Below, piece by piece: positions 63,977-64,000 of a stretch of DNA of 64,000 nucleotides; the stretch's first letter is position 1; each line of letters starts with the position of its first letter. A model generated the notes under the pieces. It was not told where the DNA came from and did not search any database. It saw only the letters and a program-made list of their open reading frames with translations. The DNA is from Lama guanicoe (lineage: Eukaryota). The stretch is taken from NCBI GenBank assembly GCA_013239625.1, contig MU054323.1:10881186-10945185 (forward strand), in the 5' to 3' direction. Both the position numbers and the translations under genes were made by a program.

Positions 63977-64000
63977 GAAAATCCACTTACTGAAACCCCT

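Overview
Mammalian intergenic or deep-intronic DNA dominated by repeats. I recognise no intact protein-coding gene, exon or RNA gene; the ORF track is transposon remnants and chance ORFs. The young L1 3' ends are of cetartiodactyl type, and I noticed no Alu, B1, Bov-A/tA, PRE1, CHR or CanSINE, so a camelid is a plausible but unproven source. Ordinary content is MIR, L2, L3/CR1, old L1M, an ancient HAL1, MaLR/ERVL solo LTRs and hAT/Tigger DNA transposons. Less ordinary items: (1) a decayed Ty3/Gypsy gag on the minus strand at ~60.7-61.2 kb that aligns by eye with the PNMA-family N-terminal domain, preceded by a plausible LTR end and tRNA-Ala-like PBS; (2) an ORF1-only, HAL1-like L1 derivative at 39.5-42.1 kb whose 3' region is built from inverted L1 pieces and shares a non-standard tail with a separate L1 at 4.2-6.0 kb; (3) a class III (ERVL/HERV-S-like) provirus remnant at 42.9-47.6 kb with LTR, PBS, protease and RT motifs; (4) an inverted, nested L1 chimera at 56.8-58.6 kb. 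Family names come from memory of consensus sequences, not database searches, and boundaries of old repeats are approximate. I found no evidence of an intact novel functional system.
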